A program made the position numbers and the translations under genes. DNA of 64,000 bases from Vicugna vicugna (taxonomy: Eukaryota). The notes beneath the pieces are model-generated. The model worked only from the letters and a program-made list of their open reading frames with translations, was not told the origin of the DNA and made no database searches. The DNA lies in the NCBI GenBank assembly GCA_013265495.1, contig MU058213.1, positions 3,906,001 to 3,970,000 of the forward strand, written 5' to 3'. Position 1 is the first letter of the stretch. Every line of letters begins with the position of its first letter. Of the stretch, positions 47,896 to 62,100 are shown piece by piece.

Positions 47896-49585
47896 TTTTA
47901 AAAAACAATTATCACATTTAAAGATTTCTCATCATAAATTATTACTACCATCAATAATATTTCATTGTTAAGGAAGGATTTATGCCCTCCTAGAATTAAG
48001 GAGAAATCTTCTGGTTCATTTCCCTTTAGAATATAGCTTTTCATTTACAGGTCTAGACTACAGGTCTAGATCATTGACAGGAAAGAGCTTTCCCTAATAA
48101 TAAATGATGGATTATACTGATTAATGTTCCCCAATAGTTACAACACAACAGGGTTGAACATATCAGAGTTGCTGATCTGAAACAGGGCATGTTAATAGGT
48201 ATACACTGTAAGTTCTAACTATACAGTAGAAATTATTTACGAAATCATATTGCTTTATAAAATGAAGCAATTAGAACAAAACCATTTTTCTTTTGTTCAG
48301 AAAAATGCCCAAATCTAATCTAATTTGCTGCAGCTGGACACCACCTGCAGATGACTGTTTAAGTACTCTGAACATTACACACTTATCTTTTAAATATTGA
48401 TAATGCCATTTTTCATTTCCTCGACATGAAATCCCACAGGGAATAATTATGCTAATAAACCTTAATGATTCTTGCAAATAAATGATCAAACCAAATTGCT
48501 ACTGTTGATTTATATTAATGGATGCCTTTAGGACGAGATTTGCCAGTACAGTGCTGCCTCTTGAATCTCAATTCATCTTATTTAGCTGAAGAGTGTTCAT
48601 AGTTTTGTTAAATAGATGAAGTGTTTAAAATATAATGTGTTTGTGCAGTTCTTACACTTCATAATGTTCAAGCATTACCATCTTGCCTTGTGGCAAATCT
48701 GCATTTAATGGTTTCATTGTATATAACTTCCTTTGGTACTTTTCCTCTGTTATAAGCAGTTAGGAAATGACTGCTTTCTGGTTGAGTCAGAATAGGCCAG
48801 CTTCCATATGTTGAATCTGATTTTTCATGAAGATAATAAAATCTGTTTCTGGATGTTTTAGCCCCCATCCTCTGGGAATCACTTTGACTCTGTGATGATG
48901 TGATCAAGTGTCAAATAACTGTTTAGGGGGGAAGGGAGCACTACTAAAATGGCTTATTTGTTGCCCCATTTAAACCTAGATTAGTGGGTCTCCTCCTTTT
49001 CTCCTCTCTCACCTTCCCTCTTGCTCTGGAACCCTCACCAAGTCCACAGGGACCAGGAAGTTGCTGACTATGTCAATTCTAAAGTAGAACTGGAAAATAA
49101 CAGCAGAATTATACGCTCATGTCCAGGGCTGGGGAACACTACACAGAAAGAATGCTTATCCATTGTGGATATGAACACAGGTTTATATGGGTAATTTTAT
49201 AAAGACTCACTTCTATTTAAAGTGCCATATACCTAGGGGAAAAAATTACCTTCATCCAGATAATTGCTTCAATTGTCCATTTTTGTGCATTGAACATCAA
49301 ATTCCAAACATAAGAGAAAAACAACATGGAAACACAACAGGTATAGGCACAAAACTGAATGAAAGGGATGTAAATTAGTAGTAAAATAGGAGACTAGCCT
49401 ATATACAAACTCATGTGTACATGAACAGGGCATGGAACTTGTGATGTGAAATAACAGCTGCTTAGGGATTTGTCATGTGGTGCACAGAGACTGTAATCTG
49501 GTTAGTGATGAAGCAAAGATGACCACATTCAATTCACTGTGAAGAGCAGAAGTGTCCCCTTCTGAATTATAAAGCTCTTATTGTA

Positions 49586-49689
49586 GGGAGGGAAATAGTC
49601 GGTGGTTGAGTGCATGCTTAGGATGCATGAGGTCCTGGGTTCAATTCCCAGTACCTCCTTTAAATAAACAAATATTAAAAAAGAAAAAA
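49586..49689 (+). mobile_element. tRNA-derived SINE (Vic-1-like)
   Basis: gtggttgagtgcatgcttaggatgcatgaggtcctgggttcaattcccagtacctcc plus A tail; imperfect TSD aaag(c/t)tctta(t/c)tg. Confidence 0.85.
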
Positions 49690-50575
49690 AAAGTTCTTAC
49701 TGATTTTTAAAAGCAGGTATATACATATTAATACATATGTACATATATATGTAAACTACCTTTATAAAGGTACTTTTTTTTTCATTTCCTAACTTCAGGA
49801 AAAGTGCCTAATTTGATCAAATTTGGCCCACTTATGGCAATTTGTTTCTAATTAAAAATCAACCAGACAAAAAAGTTGTAACCCATTAAATGCATTATTT
49901 TATTCATTGTAGAATTTTCTAATTGAGCAAAATAAAATGGGAGTTGATTTAAATATGCAATAAGGGAATGATTAAAGTAAATGGCAGCGCATCAGCCACA
50001 CACCCAGAGAAATGTGTGTGTCTGGAGGGCCAGAGGGCAGGCCAGGGAGGGGTGCTTTCTGGGGAGAGGCTAAACAGCCTTGTAGGAAAGGAGGATGACT
50101 GGGCACTCAGAACCTGGGGAGTAACTCTAAGGTCTTGGGGGAGGAAGAGGGACACCATAACCTTCCAGGAAGAATGGCAGATGATGAAAGCAGCTACCTG
50201 CAGAGAGAGAGTCAAAGAGCCCCAGCTGGCTGCGAGCACTTGGAGCAGAGCAAGGAGTATTGGTACAAGGCCGTTCATGCTGTTCTGGCCTCAGACCCAG
50301 CCCTGCTAGGTCCAGTGCCGGGAGAGAGGGAGTGGTGGGGGTGGGGGGAGAGAGAAAGAGAAGTTGTATTGGTTAAGTGATGGAGCTAACAGACATGAAT
50401 AGCCCAGAAATCCTGTAACACCTTACACTGAGGTAACAGGTGACAAAGTGTATAAGGAAATGGGGCGGAAAACATTTAGCTAATATTAGAAAGTATTATC
50501 TACCTTATCATTTATTGAGCACCTACTACATGCCAGTCGCTTCAATTGTTTGTAATCATTAGAACAGCCTAGTTC

Positions 50576-51726
50576 CAAGCAATAGAAATAAAAGCAAGAA
50601 TAAACATATGGGACCTAATTAAACTTACAAGCTTTTGCACAGCAAAGGAAACCATAAGCAAAACAAAACGACAACCTATGGAATGGGAGAAAATATTTGC
50701 AAATGATGAGACTGACAAGGGCTTAATTTCCAGAATATATAAACAGCTCATACAACTTAATAAGAAAAAACAAACAAACCAATCCAAAAATGAGCAGGAG
50801 ACCTAAACAAGCAATTCTCCAGTGAAGACACACAAATGGCCAATAGGTACATAGAAAAATGCTCAATATTGCTGATTAGCAGAGAAATGCAAATCAAAAC
50901 TACAGTGAGGTATCACCCCACACCAGTCAGAATGGCCATCATTCAAAAATCCATAAACGATAAATGCTGGAGAGGGTGTGGAGAAAAGGGAACCCTCCTA
51001 CACTGTCGGTGGGAATGCAGTTTGGTGCAGCCATTATGGAAAACAGCATGGAGATTCCTCAAAAAAGACTAGAAATTACCATATGATCCAGCAGTCCCAC
51101 TCCTGGGCATATATCCAGAAGAAATCCTAATTCAAAAAGACACCTGCACCCCAATGTTCACAACAGCACTATTTACAATAGTCAAGACATGGATACCACC
51201 TAAAAGTCCATTGACAGATGACTGGATAAAGAAATTGTGGTATATTTATACAATGGAATACTACTTAAAAAAATAATACAGTAATGCCATTTGCAGCAAC
51301 ATGGATAGACCTGGAGATTGTCATTCTAAGAGAAGTAAGCCAGAAAGGGAAAGAAAAATACCGTATATCACTCATATGTGGAATCTAAAAAAAAAAAAGA
51401 CAAACAAACTTATTTACAAAACAGAAACAGATTCACAGACATAGAAAACAAACTTATGGTTATCAGGTGGTAAGGGGGTGGGAAGGGATAAATTGGGAGT
51501 TCGAGATTTGCAGATACTAACTCATATATATAAAATAGATAAACAACAAATTTACACTGTATAGCACAGGAAACTATATTCAATATCTTACAGTAACTTA
51601 TGGTGAAAAAGAATATGAAAATGAATATATGTATATTCATGTATGACTAAAAAATTGTGCTATACACCAGAAATTGACACAACATTGTAAACTGACTATA
51701 CATCAATAAAAATATATTTAAAAAAA
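50576..51726 (+). mobile_element. Young 5'-truncated L1 (ORF2 C-terminus and 3' UTR), inserted in a MIR
   Basis: TSD agaaca(g/a)cctagttc at 50561-50575 and 51727-51741; same family as 8864-13471; MIR-like sequence on both flanks. Confidence 0.92.
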
Positions 51727-53444
51727 AGAACAACCTAGTTCATTTTACATACACAGGAAACAAGATTCAAAAGATTAACTTGCCAACTTCACAGAAAGAG
51801 CCAGTAGTGGGCTCTTTTCATGATCACAAACAGTATTTGAACAGAAATAGAACAGCCCAGAAAGTATTAGAGTGCATCAAATCTAGTAAGATAGGTATTA
51901 TTTTGTGAAAGTTTTTAGTGACTGAAAGAATGCATGTATATATCAGCTCATGATGTAGAATGTGTTTCTTACTATGTTCAAGGGCAAAAAAATTTGAAAA
52001 CTACTGAATTAGTTCACATTGCTTCTCTTTTCCAGTCTTAGGGAGATGCTCTTAACTTCTGAATTATAACAAATTTCTTATTTTAGTGAATATTTTGCAC
52101 AAACTATATCAATCCTTTAAATGATTATGGATTAGTATATCAAAGTGATCCCCGTTTATTCTTTCCTATGCAAAACTAACTTTCAGTTTTGTTAGAATAT
52201 GTATTATAAGTAATGACTATAATAAAATTCATCATATAATCACAGATTATGTAACAGTTTATACACAATAAAATATGTAATATCCTAATGGTATTCACAT
52301 TTTGCAATATATGTTCTGCACAGTATTCACAGAACAATAATAGTAACTATTTATTGAGTACCCAGTACTGGTTGATTTGTGTCCAGATAAGGAAAAACAA
52401 TTATGTTTTTTTCAGAGGCAGAAACTTCCTCATTTTGGAAATACGCGAATGCTAGGGGAAATTTAACCAGGCATAAAAGGCGATGTCTAGAAAAAAAAAA
52501 GAAACAATAGTTTCAATCCTAATTTTAGAAGCAGTCAGTGCCAAGCAATCCAACTTCAGATAAGCAGATACGTTTATGGGAATCCTTCCATCTAACCCAC
52601 TCCCTGGGGACTGTTGGTAAGCTGACTGAATCTGCTTGGTCTTCCATGCAGTACTTCTTGCTCACACACCAACGTGGGGCTCAACACGTAGAGGGAAAAC
52701 CTTTATCATCACAGGTCTCATTATATAAGATACTGCTGGGAGAATGACAGAACAACCGGAAAAACAAGGTGACCATGGCCTTTAGAAAACATCAGTCAGG
52801 TAAGTAGCCAAAAAAGAAAGAACAAAAGCGTGACAAGTCAGAAGCGAAAGAACATACTTCCTTGCTTCCTATGATTACCTGATGTTTCATTGGATCTCTA
52901 GTTATTTCTATACTAATATAGCCACGGCAACAGTTATCCAGTGTACAGCTCTCCATAATACAGTTCTGTTCCTTAGGGTTTTCTTTCCTAGCAGATATAC
53001 CTAAGAAATGGCAAAATTATAACCCACTAAAGCTAATCCAGCCCCTAGTTCTTTAGAATCCATTGTAGTACCCAGCATCTGGTGACCTGAATTGAGTTTA
53101 TGTATTTTATTGAATCTACCACACAGCAATGGTAGGATACACCATTATTTTATTCATCAGTAAAGAGGAAAAAACTCTGCCATTTTAATTGGCACAGCAT
53201 CAATTTTAAGACCTATCTCAACTTCAGAAAGTTTAAAATGCAAAAAAAAAGTCTATCTTTGAATCTATAAAACATAGATTTTTTTCATGAGGGAACACAG
53301 TTGAGGAATTGTAATAACAGAAACTACAATAACCAAACAGAAACCGTTACTGCGAAGCCCCTACCAGCAGAGTACAATCCTAATTCTTTCTCAAATCATT
53401 TATTTATTCCTCCTTGGTATCCAGCAGGGAAATTGCTATATTCT

Positions 53445-53905
53445 GCATCAGCAAGAATCTTCTGAGATGCAGATACCAAGACAGAATTGGTTGGTCAAGA
53501 CGTTTGTTTTGGGAGAGTCTATAAAGGATAGAGGGGGAGGGGGAAATAGAGGTAAGCAGGAAGAGCCCTCAGAACTGTGACAGGTCTGATATCTGTGAAA
53601 GCAGAGAGGGAATGAGAAAGGAGGGGCCTCAAACTGCAGCACAGTGGTGAATGTCTCTGCCCAGCCAACAGGGAGTGCCAAGCAAAGATTCCCATTACAG
53701 ATGTCCCATATTGGGCCCCAAATACCCAGTCATGCTCAGGCATTGGCTGGGAGCAGCTTTGCAAAAGCTAGGACTCAGCATGAATGCCACTGCAGACTCA
53801 AGTGTGGAGTAACTGGAGGTTCTTGGACGCCCATTATCCTTGCAGCAGGTCCCCTCAAAGGGAGATTTGAGCAGAGGACCGTCACGGCTGCCACACTGAC
53901 ACACA
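53445..53905. mobile_element. Old ERVL-type LTR remnant
   Basis: tctgagatgcagataccaagacagaatt... GC-richer segment resembling LTR16-group elements; family uncertain. Confidence 0.5.
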
Positions 53906-55537
53906 GCCTGCCACCAAGCTTCCCACGTTTATAGTAGTGTCTCGTTTCTGCTGATTCTCTCATATGTCATCTTTGTTATCATTGCTACCCTACTGATAGC
54001 TTCTCGAAAAATACTCTACATGCCAGCTTTTCTTCTTACATCTTACAATCAGGCCCATCCTTAGAGGATGGCATGGCCTGCAAGGTACCATCAGGATTAG
54101 GTGTCATTCATACCATCAAACAGGGACCTCTGTTTTCCCGCAGGTCCACAGGTTCTCTGTACAGCATGCAGACTAGGACATGAGCACCCCCCACCAACTC
54201 CCCCTTAGCTGCATAAACATTATGGAACAGACTTCAGATTTTTAAAACTGAGGCTTGGAAACCTTTGAAAGGAGACATTCATGAGATGAATTCCCAGAAA
54301 GATCCATGTCAAAAATCGTATTTTACAATCAGATGCAAAGAAACTCATAAAAGCTTTAAGGATGCAATACTGAACCTATTTACAGGATGCTGTGGCAAGG
54401 ACGGATAGTATCTTTGACCTTGAACAAGTCATTTAACCTCCCTGATGTGTGTTTCCTCATCTATAAAATAAAGAGGGTGGGTGAGATGATCCTTGAGGCC
54501 ACTTCTAGCACTAACGTTCTATGAAATAAAAGTCAACTTAGAGATTAATTAGGTTTCTGAGCCTCGAGCAATTAATTACACTGTCGCTGCCCTTTAACAG
54601 ACCCATCACAGAAGAAAATTAGATTCAACTGACAGATTTTAATCTTCAACTCTTGTCAATTTTAAGTCCAACACTATTTTTTAAGATCCGCAAATTAATG
54701 CTTTCACAAAAGGTTCAATAGCATTCTGGGCAAGGAATTTGACCTGACAAACATATTATAATACTAAGGCCATTCTTCTCTATTTAAAAAAAAATAGTCT
54801 TCATGCTGACTTTTTCCTGCATTCAGAACCTCAGCAGACACTCCACTAGAGTTTTATAAAATGTTAGACAGTGGTTTAGTGAAATTCTTTATCAGTTTCT
54901 GAAGTGCTCAAGGACATCTGATTAGGGACTTCAGTTCTGCCCACACCTGCTTCATCTAATTCCAGTATGTTTTTCTTATTCTTCTCTGACTTTTGCATTT
55001 CCTTATTTTGTGTCAACATTGAATTATTGGTAGAAAAATGTTGGTTAAATTTCTAGCAAAAAATAATCAGTTTTGATTTCCAGTTAACAAGAAAGTGTAT
55101 ATTTTATGTTATCCTTCTTTTAATGCTTACTCATTTAAATAATAATGATTTTTAACTTTCTCTTAAATATTAAATTCATATCTATTTTAGATTTTTAAAA
55201 ATGAATTCCACAATTTAGTTTACTGAACTTTGATTTCCAATACCTACTTTCTACTTTTGTGTCATGTCCACTTGCACTGGTAATATTTCTGACATATACA
55301 AAAAGGCATGGAGAATAGATGAACACCCATGTTTTCATAACCAGACATAAGGAAAACCATTAAAGCTTTTTTTTGTGCACCGTTATACACCTTCCTGTCT
55401 CATTTTTTCCTTCTAGAGGTTAACAGTTTTGTATATTCAACAGCATTTATCATTCCCATGCATGTCTCTCTATTTTTTTTCCACAGGGAATATAGTCTAT
55501 TTTATTATAATTTTAAACAAGTAAAATCTATATAAGT

Positions 55538-55694
55538 ATTTTTTAACATTTTTTATTGATTTACAATCATTTTACAATGTTGTGTCAAATTCCAGTGTTC
55601 AGCACAATTTTTCAGTCATTCATGGACATATGCACACTCATTGTCACATTTTTTTCTCTGTGATTTATCATAACATTTTGTGTATATTTCCCTG
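55538..55694 (-). mobile_element. Young L1 3'-end fragment
   Basis: Reverse complement of the 3' UTR seen at ~25730-25890. Confidence 0.85.
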
Positions 55695-57711
55695 CCTCTA
55701 TATTTTTAACACTATGAATCAACCTCTAAAAACCGTGATATTGTATCATATGCTTTAATGATAAAACTGAGCCATAATTGTGTAAATTGCTTTTTTGGTG
55801 ATTTTTGAAAATACTCTTTAAAAAAAATTATGCTGACATACAGATGATCTACAATACTGAATGAGTTTCAAGTGCATAGCAAAGTGATTTAGTTATACAT
55901 ATATATATTTTCCCAGTTCTTTTTCATTACAGTTTATTGGCAAATTGCTTTTAATTCCACATTAGGTTTATGAGGTTACTCTGTGGTAGTTCTTGTACAT
56001 CACTCTTTATTTTTTTCTCTAAGCTATGGCTTATATTTTTCACTTTCTCTATAATCCCCTTTAATGCATATTAATTTTAAATCCAGTGTAGTCAAATTTG
56101 TTAATTATTTCCTTATGTCTTGTGAGGGTTTTGCTTTGTTTAAACAATTCTTTAATAATATGAGTTCATAAAACTTTTCATGATCCATCTATAACTCACG
56201 TGGGATTTATATGTTTTTTATATAATGTGAAATACATGTATAATTTTATTGTTCTTTTGTCCACATGGATAACCATTGTCCATTATCTTTTCTGACTGAT
56301 CTGCAATGCATCTATTTCACAGTACTAATTACTATACTAAGTACTGATATTTCACAGCTAATTATTATATTAAAAAATAGTAATACCTTACCTAATTTGC
56401 TGTTCTTCAAACTTTCTTGGCCATTATTTGCCCTTGGTTTTTCTATATACATTTAGATTTCCCTTGCCAAGTTCTATGGAAAAAAAAAACTGTTGGGGAT
56501 TTGATTGGAATTTCATTGAGTCTGTGGATCAATTTGGAGAAAACTCAGTGTCTTTATGACAGTATGTCCTCCATCCATGTATGTGGTACATCTCTTTGTC
56601 TTCTCTTTAAACGTCTTTGAACTAAGTTTTGTAATTTTCTCTATAAAGATCTCATGCCTATTTGTTAGGTTTATACCTAGTTACTTTAAATTCTTTGCTG
56701 CTGTCATAAATAATATCTGTATCACTGAAGGTCCAAGTAGAAAATAGCACCTTAATTTGGGTCATTTACCAAAATGTAGGCAGGGTTTAAGGAAACCACC
56801 AGGGATTGTACAGTACCAAGGGGCCAGTAACTCTGGGGAAGCCTGTCCACCCCTAATCCTGAAGGCAAGGGGAGGGGGCAGTTTTCCAGAACCCAAAGAC
56901 AGAAACAGCTACATTTGTCCTTTGATGGGAGCTGTGACCCTTGGTCAAAGATACAGTCAGCCAGGAACAACCTTCCAGGAAAAGAGGTGAGGAAATATAA
57001 TTCCCATCCTCTTTTCTCCATCCCTGGATCTCCCACTGTTGAAACTAATGAGAAGCCAGCCTCTCATCTGGAGTCAATGAGGCACGACCAAGATGGACAC
57101 AAGTAAAGAATGAATCTGGAGGGACAGATAAATGTCCGACACTGTATCTTCCACGAAATTTATTTTCTGTTTATTGGTGTTATATAGGAATGCAAATAAT
57201 TTCTGGATATTGACTTTATATCCACTAGTCCTGCTGAATTACATTTTAAATTCTGATCATTTATCTATAGATTTTCTTGAGTTTTCTGTATTCATAAACA
57301 TTTTTTCTTTTTTCCCTCTATTATACCATTAAAATTTTTCTTCCTTAATGAACTGGTTAGAACCTACAATAAAATGACAAATAGAAGAAACTAATGGGGG
57401 CATCCTTAACTTGTATGTTTGACATCTCACCTCTAAGTATGAAGTTTGCTGCAGATTTTGTTTTGTTTTTGGCTCCTATTATTGCAAAAGCAGTATATAT
57501 ACATTGTTAGAAGTAAGAATATATAGATCACTAAATCTAAGAACAGAACACTGTATTTCTTCACCCAGAGATTAGGGCTATTAACACCTTAGTGAACCAT
57601 GCACATATAAATTTACAGATTTTTAACAGAGAGGATTATACTGTATATGCTGTAATATAAAGGTTACACTCCATAAACTGCTTTTCATGGTGGAGGTGGT
57701 TTTTTTCTAGT

Positions 57712-57856
57712 CTTTTGTTTCTTTTTTTGTTTTTTGGGGGGAGAGGGGTAATTAGGTTTATTTATTTATTCATTCATTTATTTATTTTAAATGGAGGTAC
57801 TCCCCAGGACTGCGTGCATGCTGAGCACACATTCTACCACTGAGCTACACCCTCCC
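57712..57856 (-). mobile_element. tRNA-derived SINE (Vic-1-like) with long tail
   Basis: aatggaggtactccccaggactgcgtgcatgctgagcacacattctaccactgagctacaccctccc; B box partly deleted. Confidence 0.8.
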
Positions 57857-57924
57857 TGCTGTAGATGTGTTATTTCCTTGTTTCTGAAGAGTTTTCATCC
57901 TAAATAGGAATTCAGTTTTATCAA

Positions 57925-59150
57925 CTGAACCCTCACCTTATACTATATACAAAAATTAATACAAAGTGAATCAGACTTAAACCTAAGAGCTAAAATTGTA
58001 AAACTGTTAGAAGACAATATAGGGTAAAGTGTTCACGATGTTAGATTTGACAGTGTTTTCTTGAATCTGACACAAAAGCCCAGGTAACAAAAGAAAAAAA
58101 TAGATAAATTAGACTACATCAAAATTAAAAAAAAAACTGTGCATCAAAAGACACAATCAACAGAGGCAATCCAGAGAATGGGAGGAAATATTTGCAAATC
58201 ATATATCTGATAAGAGGTCAATATCCAGAATATATCCAGAACTCAATTCCGCAGCAATAATAACAACAACAAAAACCCAACCAATTTTTAAATGGGCAAA
58301 AGATTTGGATACTTCTTCAAAGAAGAGATACAAGTAGCCAACAAGCATATGAAAAGACACTCAACATCACTAATCATTAGGGAAATGCAACTCAAAATCA
58401 CAGTGTGATACCACCTCAAGCCCATGGATAACCAATATTTAAAAAAACAAAACAAGGACACAACAGTCATTGGAAAGGATGTGGAATAATCAGAAACCCT
58501 GAACTGGCGGGAAGATAAAATGGTGCAGCTGCTGATAAAAATAGTTTTGTTCTTCCTTTAAAAATTAAAAATAGAATTACTATACAATCCAGCAATCCCA
58601 CTTCTGGGCATATACCCCAAATAACTGAAAGCAGATCATGAAGATCTATCTGTATACTCAAGCTCATAGCAGCATTATCAACAGTAGCCTTGGGTGGAAG
58701 CCACCCAAGCGTCCACGAATGGATGAACAGATAAACAAAATGTGATATAGACACACAAGGGAACATTATTCACCCTTAAAAAAGAAATGAAACTCTGACA
58801 CATGCTACAATCTGGATGAACTTTGAATACATTGTGCTAAGTAAAATAAGCAAGTCACAAAAGGACAAATAGTACCTGATTCCACTTACATGAGATACAT
58901 AAGGTAGTCAAATGCATAAAGCCAGAACGTAAAAAGGGTGGCTTCCAGGGGCTGAGGGAGGAGAAAAGAGTGGGGAGTTATTGTTTAATGGGGACAGACT
59001 GAGTTTTCCAAGATGAAAAGAGTTCTCGAGATGGATGGTGGCGATGGTTGCAACACAATGTGAATATACTTAATGCCACTGAATTGTATCCTTAAAATGG
59101 TTAAGATGGTAAATTCTATGTTATGTTTATTTTACAACAGTGAAAAAAAA
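57925..59150 (+). mobile_element. L1MB-like 3' end
   Basis: ORF2 C-terminal region and 3' UTR ending ggttaagatggtaaattctatgttatg...aaaaaaaa. Confidence 0.85.
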
Positions 59151-62100
59151 ATGTGTGCAGGTAAAGGAACCTCACTAGACAGATAGTCGATTCAGGAGGT
59201 TAGGGGTAAACCCCCTGGCATTTCTCTCTCACAATCTTCACAGTAAAAAGCCAAAATAAATTATTTGAGATTCCCTTAAATAAAAGGACGTAGGCTGGAA
59301 TAAGCAGTAGAGAAATTAAATGAAAATAATAAAATGCTTAACTAATCCTTGATTACTTTCAACTTCTTTTTTTGTGTGTTACCATATTTAATTTATTTTT
59401 AATTTTACCACAACAAACACATGCATAGGGTCAAAACAACAAAATAGATTTATAATGTATAATATTTTCCCTCTGCCATCTTATTCTAGCCAAATTTTGC
59501 TCCCACACAATTTTTACCAAATGATTTTACTTCCTTGTGTTACATAAATGAACACTGTCAACTTCTAATGGACGCCAATCTTTCCTGATGCCTTCAGCAA
59601 AACATTTCTTTTATATTTTAGAGATTATCTCACCTGTAGTAGGCAAGATACCAAAGCTTTTACCAAAATAGTTATAATTTCAGAGAAAAGCAATAGTTTT
59701 CACTTTAACTTCCCTTTTTTCTCTATTCCATTTTTCCTTTTTTCTCACTACTGCAGCTTGATTTTTCTTGTGTTTCTTTTTAAGGAAATAAAGCTTAACT
59801 CTTCAAACTTTCCTAAAGTTTGATGTCTAGAAACAGATTCACAGATAGTATCTTTTATTCAGGCTGGGTTTATACCTGTAACTAACTTTCTTTCAATAAG
59901 AGAAACTATATTATTGGTAAGCACATTGCCCTTGGAGTCACCGTCTCCACTTCCAGCATCTCATAACAGACGTGTAAAGTGGATGCTTGTCAAGGATAAA
60001 GGAAATTTTGCCAAAAAACCAAAGAGATGTGGTCCCAACTCTAAGGAGGCATAGAGTTGAATTCATTCAGACTCATGAATGCAAAGTAGAAAAATAAAAC
60101 ACATTTTCAATAGATTTTTGAAAGATAGTTGCCTGTTAACCTTTTTAATCTACTTTTTACCTCCATTCAGAACACCCACCTACTATATAATTGGGTCACA
60201 GTGAGCATTCAATAAATATTTATTGAATGAATAAATATGGAGCATATTCAACTAGAAAAAGCAATGTGATATGTAAGAAACACTTCCCTTAAACATAAAA
60301 ATCAACAAACATAACATAGGAGCTTAAAATTTTCAAATAAAATGCCTAGAATACAGAAGAAGAATGCTAGAAATGTATCAGGTTTCACAGAGACCCATTC
60401 CTCCTGTCCGGTTAATACTATCTTAGTGGAGCAGAGCCTAAGTTGGCTACTAGATCAAAATTTGAAATTCTGTTCATTTTTTTTTTGACAACCAAGTGAA
60501 CTACTACTTGTAAAATTCATACTTTCTTGTGGAAAAAACAAACAGTTGTTTTAGTCTGGCGAGTCCACATCTTGTTCTGCTCAGCTAGGGAAGGCTTTCC
60601 GGGGTAGGAAAGTCCAACTGGTTGACTTGTATAATTTGTATCAATAGAAGAAATTTGTGATCAATAGAAAATTGTACAATTTGTGATCAATAGAAAAAAA
60701 CTACTCCAGGACGTTCATTGACAGCAACAGCCACTCCTGACTTAATGTTTAAAACTACCTTTGCTACCAATGAGTTGTCTAATCCAGTTCCCACAGCCCC
60801 TACGTCTAACTTTAAAGAGGAAATCTACCCTCCACTTTCAACTCTACGTGTAAACTTCTTTGTTGCTATTTTATTTACTTAATTGTACATAGTCAAAGAA
60901 TGATCAGCTCAGCCAAAGCTAGCTGCCCCTCTCATTGTCCCAGAAATTGTTCAAGTGACTCTTAACCTAATCTTATGCCTGTGAACTCATTCCTAGCAAA
61001 TAATGGTACCTAACATTGACTGGTTGTACTGGGTATCATCAGCACTTCACCTATATTGTCTAATGGTTTTAACAACTCTAGGAGTAGGCACTGTGGTCAT
61101 CATTAGAGAGGAAGAAACTCAGGACCAGAGCAAACAGGATGCCTAGCATAACACAATTGTGAAATGATGAGCCCAGGATTTGCGATCACGTGCCAAGCCA
61201 CTGGACGATATCGCCATCCAGACAAAACGCTCCCCAGCAATGAACTGAAACTGCAAGGAAGCTGGTGAGCTTCCCTCCTCATCCTCAGGTGCTGGGAGTA
61301 GAGCAGGGAGAGGGAGCTGGGCCCAAAAAACACCTGATAGCAGCTCCTAGGCCCCACCACAATATCAGAATTCCAAACAAGTAGACCATCTCTAACAAGA
61401 ATCTATAAAAAGAGAGAGAGAAAAAAAGAATCTATAATTTGCTTAATGTTTGCTTGGGCACGTGTTGAATTTACTAAGCGTAACCTCTTTGTTCTTCCAT
61501 GTCCACGTTTTTGCAGAGATGAACAAGGTATAACTTAGTCTTATTTCAGAGACCAAATTTGCCAGATTGAAAACCCACAGCAGAAAGAGGGTGCTTTTGT
61601 CTTCGTCCACAGGCTGGTCCTGCACCATAAAGCCTACAATCATGGGTCCTTAGTGCCTCACTTACACCGTAAGAATCATCTTGTTTTCCCTCATGTGGGC
61701 CGTCTCAGTTTTATTTCCCACCTCTGAGCCACAGAGCACATTGATTCTCAATTATGCTTACCCAAGGCCCCAGTCTGCAGTCCTCACACAGACAGAAGTA
61801 TAATGGGAAGCCCGAACAATTAGTTCCTCCGACATCAACCAGGCTGAGGGATTTATTTTGTTTGTTTGTTTGTTTGTTTATTGATTTATTTAAAGAAAAC
61901 TCCTGGGTCTTGGATTCCAATGAGTCTGCAGGATTAATGAGAGTCGAATCTTATCTTTCTCATCAGCCAGACCGGCCACTGCACATGGCCAAGAAACAAT
62001 CCAAGGGCGTCACAAAGTGTTCAGTAAGAATGACAACAGCATCAAAAAACACCACTCTCATCTGCATATGAACACAGCACACATTAGGGACAGGAAAGTT

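Noticed and set aside
60640..60700. Short repeated unit aatttgtgatcaatagaa
   Set aside because: Two to three imperfect copies from local slippage; no spacer-array structure.
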